The position numbers and the translations under genes were made by a program. DNA of 63,721 nucleotides, filler included, from Dirinaria sp. TL-2023a (taxonomy: Eukaryota), in the NCBI GenBank assembly GCA_051941275.1. It is 4 parts of 4 records of this genome, joined end to end, with 100 filler letters (N's around TTAATTAATTAA, not from the genome) between each part and the next. Parts side by side here need not be neighbours in the genome. Positions count along the whole stretch, not along the records: positions 47,872 to 63,721 come from JAVEBF010000523.1; 3 more parts are not named here. One strand, 5' to 3'. Numbering within the stretch: position 1 is the stretch's first letter; every line of letters begins with the position of its first letter. The notes beneath the pieces were generated by a model, which was not told where the DNA came from, searched no databases, and worked only from the letters and a program-made list of their open reading frames with translations. This document shows positions 60,568 to 63,721 of the stretch, piece after piece.

Positions 60568-62220
60568 ATGAATCGTCCAGAAGCAGCTGTTGATCCGGGG
60601 ATCGCCGGAGTGACAGAAGACAGTCCGTTGCTGGCCAATGGCAAAGACGATTCAAGGGTTGAAAGCGGTCCTCGTGTCACTCATAGCAACGATTCCGTAC
60701 CCATCGCTGATGAGCCTGGTACTGGTCGTTTGCTACTGGTCATGTCGAGTATATGGTTGGGATGTTTCCTTGCTGCGCTCGATTCGACCATCATAGCCAC
60801 ACTCTCTGCTCCCATATCTGCGTCTTTCAACTCACTTTCCTTAATCTCATGGCTTGCTTCAGCTTATCTCATTGCCAATGCTGCTCTGCAGCCCTTGAGC
60901 GGACGGCTGACTGATATCCTGTCGCGGCGGACAGGGCTAATCTTCTCAAATGTTTTCTTCTTCGCGGGAAATTTGATATGTGGGCTCGCGAGAAGCGAAT
61001 GGGTCATGATTCTTGGGCGAGTTATTGCTGGAATGGGTGGCGGAGGTCTCAACGCCATCTCAACGTTTGTAGGATCAGATCTTGTTCCCTTGAGGAAGAG
61101 AGGGATCTGGCAAGGTTTTGGTAATATCTGTTATGGAGTCGGTGCTGGTCTCGGAGGTGTCTTTGGGGGCTGGATTAGCGACACCTGGGGCTGGAGATAT
61201 GCTTTCCTTGCGCAGGTGCCGCTGACAGTTGTCTCAGGTATCCTGGTCTTCTTCTTCGTCGACATACCGGTCAAGCAGAGCGATAGGTCAGCCTGGAAAC
61301 GCATCGATGTCCTGGGCGCCGTGACCCTAATCGTCACTCTAGTGCTCCTTCTGACGGGTGTCAACTCTGGAGGAAACATTGTGCCGTGGACACACCCTCT
61401 GGTTCTCGTTTCGCTTCCCCTTTCCGCTGTCTCCCTATTAGCGTTCATATACGTTGAAAGTGCGCATGCCTTGGAGCCAATTATCCCTGTGAGGCTTCTT
61501 CTGGACCGAACGGTCCTCTCCGCTTGTTTTACAAATTGGTTCACCTCCATGTCCACTTTTGCATTGCTCTTTTACGGGCCCATCTACTTCCAGGTCAAAG
61601 GTCTTTCTGCAACCCAAGCTGGAGTAAGGTTGATCCCGCAATCGCTTGGGACCGCTGTTGGGTCCATATGCACTGGATTGATCATGCGTTGGACAGGCCG
61701 ATACTACTTCCTTGGTGTCGGCGTCCTATCGATCTACGTCCTGTCTCTGGCGACCACATCAACATTCAACCTTACGAGTCCAGCCTGGGAACCATTCGTT
61801 GTCTTCTTGTTAGCCGGCATTGGGTATAGTGGCATGTTGACTGTGACCCTGCTTGCGCTCATCAGTGCCGTGGCACACGAACATCAAGCTGTGGTTACCT
61901 CTGCCTCGTATGCGTTTCGGAGCACGGGCAGTACGCTCGGTATTACCATCGTCTCCGCAGTATTCCAGAACGTCCTCAAAATCGAACTTTGGAACAGACT
62001 TGGGGGTCGAAAGGACGCAGCGAAAGTGATTGACAGGCTCAGGGACAGCTTAGATGAGATCAAGAAACTGCCCCCGGACTGGAAGTCGGAGGTGATGGAT
62101 ATTTACATGGATGCATTACGAGGCGTGTTCCTAACAACATTAGCCCTCGGAGCCCTTGGCTTTTTGGTGAGCTTAGCGATGAGGGAGCACACTCTGTACA
62201 GCACTTTGGCCAGGAAATAA
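60568..62220 (+). CDS. 14-TMS MFS transporter (DHA2/Vba-like)
   Basis: FLAALDSTII, QPLSGRLTDILSRR (motif A), GRVIAGMGGGG, SDLVPLRKRG and GWRYAFL; intronless. Confidence 0.93.
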   Translation: MNRPEAAVDPGIAGVTEDSPLLANGKDDSRVESGPRVTHSNDSVPIADEPGTGRLLLVMSSIWLGCFLAALDSTIIATLSAPISASFNSLSLISWLASAYLIANAALQPLSGRLTDILSRRTGLIFSNVFFFAGNLICGLARSEWVMILGRVIAGMGGGGLNAISTFVGSDLVPLRKRGIWQGFGNICYGVGAGLGGVFGGWISDTWGWRYAFLAQVPLTVVSGILVFFFVDIPVKQSDRSAWKRIDVLGAVTLIVTLVLLLTGVNSGGNIVPWTHPLVLVSLPLSAVSLLAFIYVESAHALEPIIPVRLLLDRTVLSACFTNWFTSMSTFALLFYGPIYFQVKGLSATQAGVRLIPQSLGTAVGSICTGLIMRWTGRYYFLGVGVLSIYVLSLATTSTFNLTSPAWEPFVVFLLAGIGYSGMLTVTLLALISAVAHEHQAVVTSASYAFRSTGSTLGITIVSAVFQNVLKIELWNRLGGRKDAAKVIDRLRDSLDEIKKLPPDWKSEVMDIYMDALRGVFLTTLALGALGFLVSLAMREHTLYSTLARK

Positions 62221-62918
62221 TGTCGGCAATGCACGGTCATACGGACATTTATCAGACGCCAGAATAATTTTCGTACAATACACATCGTGACAACCTCCTC
62301 GTTTCATTTACAGGATGGGAAAGGCTTTTAGGATTTCGAAATTGAATGATGGATAGGTCTCGGCTTGAATAATCAAGATCTGTCTAATGACAAGCTGTCA
62401 TAAAGTCCAGTTGTGATTAGCGGTGGAATTGCATCGTTTTGATATATGGTGCTAACAGCAAATTGCGCAACCGCCGAGAATCTGCTCTGGTTATTAGTGA
62501 GTCATGGTTTTCTTTTCTTTCTTCACCTTTTTTCCCCTTTGCTTTATTAACAGAAGCGAGTTTCAAGAAAGTTGCTGGCTTTGACAAATAAGAACTGCTA
62601 AGTGAGTAAGAAGCGCAACATCCTACCCCTTTCCTTAACTTGCTTTCCAAATTCTGGTTCGGGTAGCTGCTTCCATTCAAGAAAGAAGTGTCTGACAAGA
62701 GATACATTTCGAAACCTGAATTTGGATCATCCATTACTCTACAATTCACGCTAATATTTGCTGGATACAGAGACATAGCCGGCTCCAGTTTCACACATCT
62801 TATTCATATCAGCATCCTTGAACAGCAGAAAGTACAACACGCAGTCCTTCGTTGCTCATCAAAACACCAGATATCTCGTCTTACAGGCCTCAACCAGAGC
62901 TCCTAGAAACAACTCACC

Positions 62919-63721
62919 ATGGCCACAGTCTCCCCAAATGCCCAACAGCCTATTGGCTTTATGTCCATCCCGCTGGAAATGCGGCTCGAGATATACAAGC
63001 AATCCTTAATCCCAGACTGCCCAGCTTGCAAAGATCCCTTTCATGCCATGTCAGCACAAGCAAACGTCCACCCCGAGCATACAAAGTACAAGTTCCCAGT
63101 AGCTATATTACAGCTAAATCACCAAGTCAACTACGAGGCGAAGGCAACATTGTACGGCCCCAACCCCTATACAATCGCTATCGACACATATGACCTGCTG
63201 TACGAACCAACATCTTACGGCATCGTCCAAATCGACCGCTCGCGACGCCTTGATATGCTGCAGTACGTCAAGCGAGCCGAGGTACACATAGAGATGATGG
63301 GGGAGACAGTTTGGGAGTGGAAGTACCCGAGCTCTTCGTCCCCTACCTCCTCGCGCCGCGCTGCGGTAGAATATATCCACGATAGCATTCACATGCTTTG
63401 CCGGGATTTTGAACAGTCGGTCTTGTTGGAAGAAGTGGTTGTCTCGTTTGGGGACAAATTGCATTTGCAGGGTTTTTTGCCCGGTCTGGGCAATGACCCG
63501 GAGATAGACGAAGAAGATCGCCAAACAGCACTGCGAATCGATAGGGCAGAGCTGGTCAACTTTGATCAGGCGGGTTATAAATTCCTTCTGGAGGGATTGA
63601 AGGGTTTGCCGAGCAAGATCATCTTGAAGATTGGGAAGGTCGTCGTGGAGAACAAGACTCAAGACGGGTTTGATGATCGCGTTGAGAGGGTTCGAGAGTT
63701 GCAGCGCAAGTTCCGCAAGGC
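62919..63721 (+). CDS. Hypothetical protein with F-box-like N-terminus; runs off the window end
   Basis: Manual translation MATVSPNAQQPIGFMSIPLEMRLEIYKQSL...AILQLNHQVNYEAKATLYG, a common fungal pattern. Absent from the ORF track, consistent with no stop in the window. Confidence 0.7.
   Translation, partial: MATVSPNAQQPIGFMSIPLEMRLEIYKQSLIPDCPACKDPFHAMSAQANVHPEHTKYKFPVAILQLNHQVNYEAKATLYGPNPYTIAIDTYDLLYEPTSYGIVQIDRSRRLDMLQYVKRAEVHIEMMGETVWEWKYPSSSSPTSSRRAAVEYIHDSIHMLCRDFEQSVLLEEVVVSFGDKLHLQGFLPGLGNDPEIDEEDRQTALRIDRAELVNFDQAGYKFLLEGLKGLPSKIILKIGKVVVENKTQDGFDDRVERVRELQRKFRK

Noticed and set aside
1..63721. tRNA, 5S rRNA, snRNA, telomere arrays, transposase or reverse-transcriptase genes
   Set aside because: None recognised by eye; tRNAscan-SE/Infernal were not run, so small RNAs could have been missed.

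Overview
This is eukaryotic DNA from a filamentous ascomycete (Pezizomycotina): short GT-AG introns with CTRAY branch points, typical housekeeping genes and RIP-like mutation. It is not one locus. Four contigs (1-15866, 15967-31819, 31920-47771, 47872-63721; 15866, 15853, 15852 and 15850 bp, in descending size) are joined by an artificial 100-nt N44-TTAATTAATTAA-N44 spacer, so genes across spacers are unlinked. Contig 1: a >=998-codon APH/phosphotransferase-family ORF, a small Cys/His-rich orphan, VPS54, glycogen synthase and a truncated SDR. Contig 2: an NmrA/isoflavone-reductase-like gene, a Ctr copper transporter, a SET-domain pseudogene, MIS12 and a membrane protein. It ends in an accessory island (about 26.4-31.8 kb) with a dispersed GGGAGCA-minisatellite element, an Rx4H-motif orphan, a RIP-mutated SDR pseudogene and a broken HeLo-like/DUF6590-like gene. 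Contig 3: eIF3b, a DEK-C/SWIB protein, HEL2, two neighbouring orphans sharing an unrecognised C4 zinc-ribbon motif, and ATP11. Contig 4: APC2, RSC9, a REC114-like meiotic gene, an SDR, a BSD-domain protein, an MFS transporter and a truncated F-box-like orphan. Best leads: the paired zinc-ribbon orphans, the GGGAGCA element with its island, and recurrent TAAGG/CCTTA islands in promoters. All family assignments are from memory of motifs; no database search was run.
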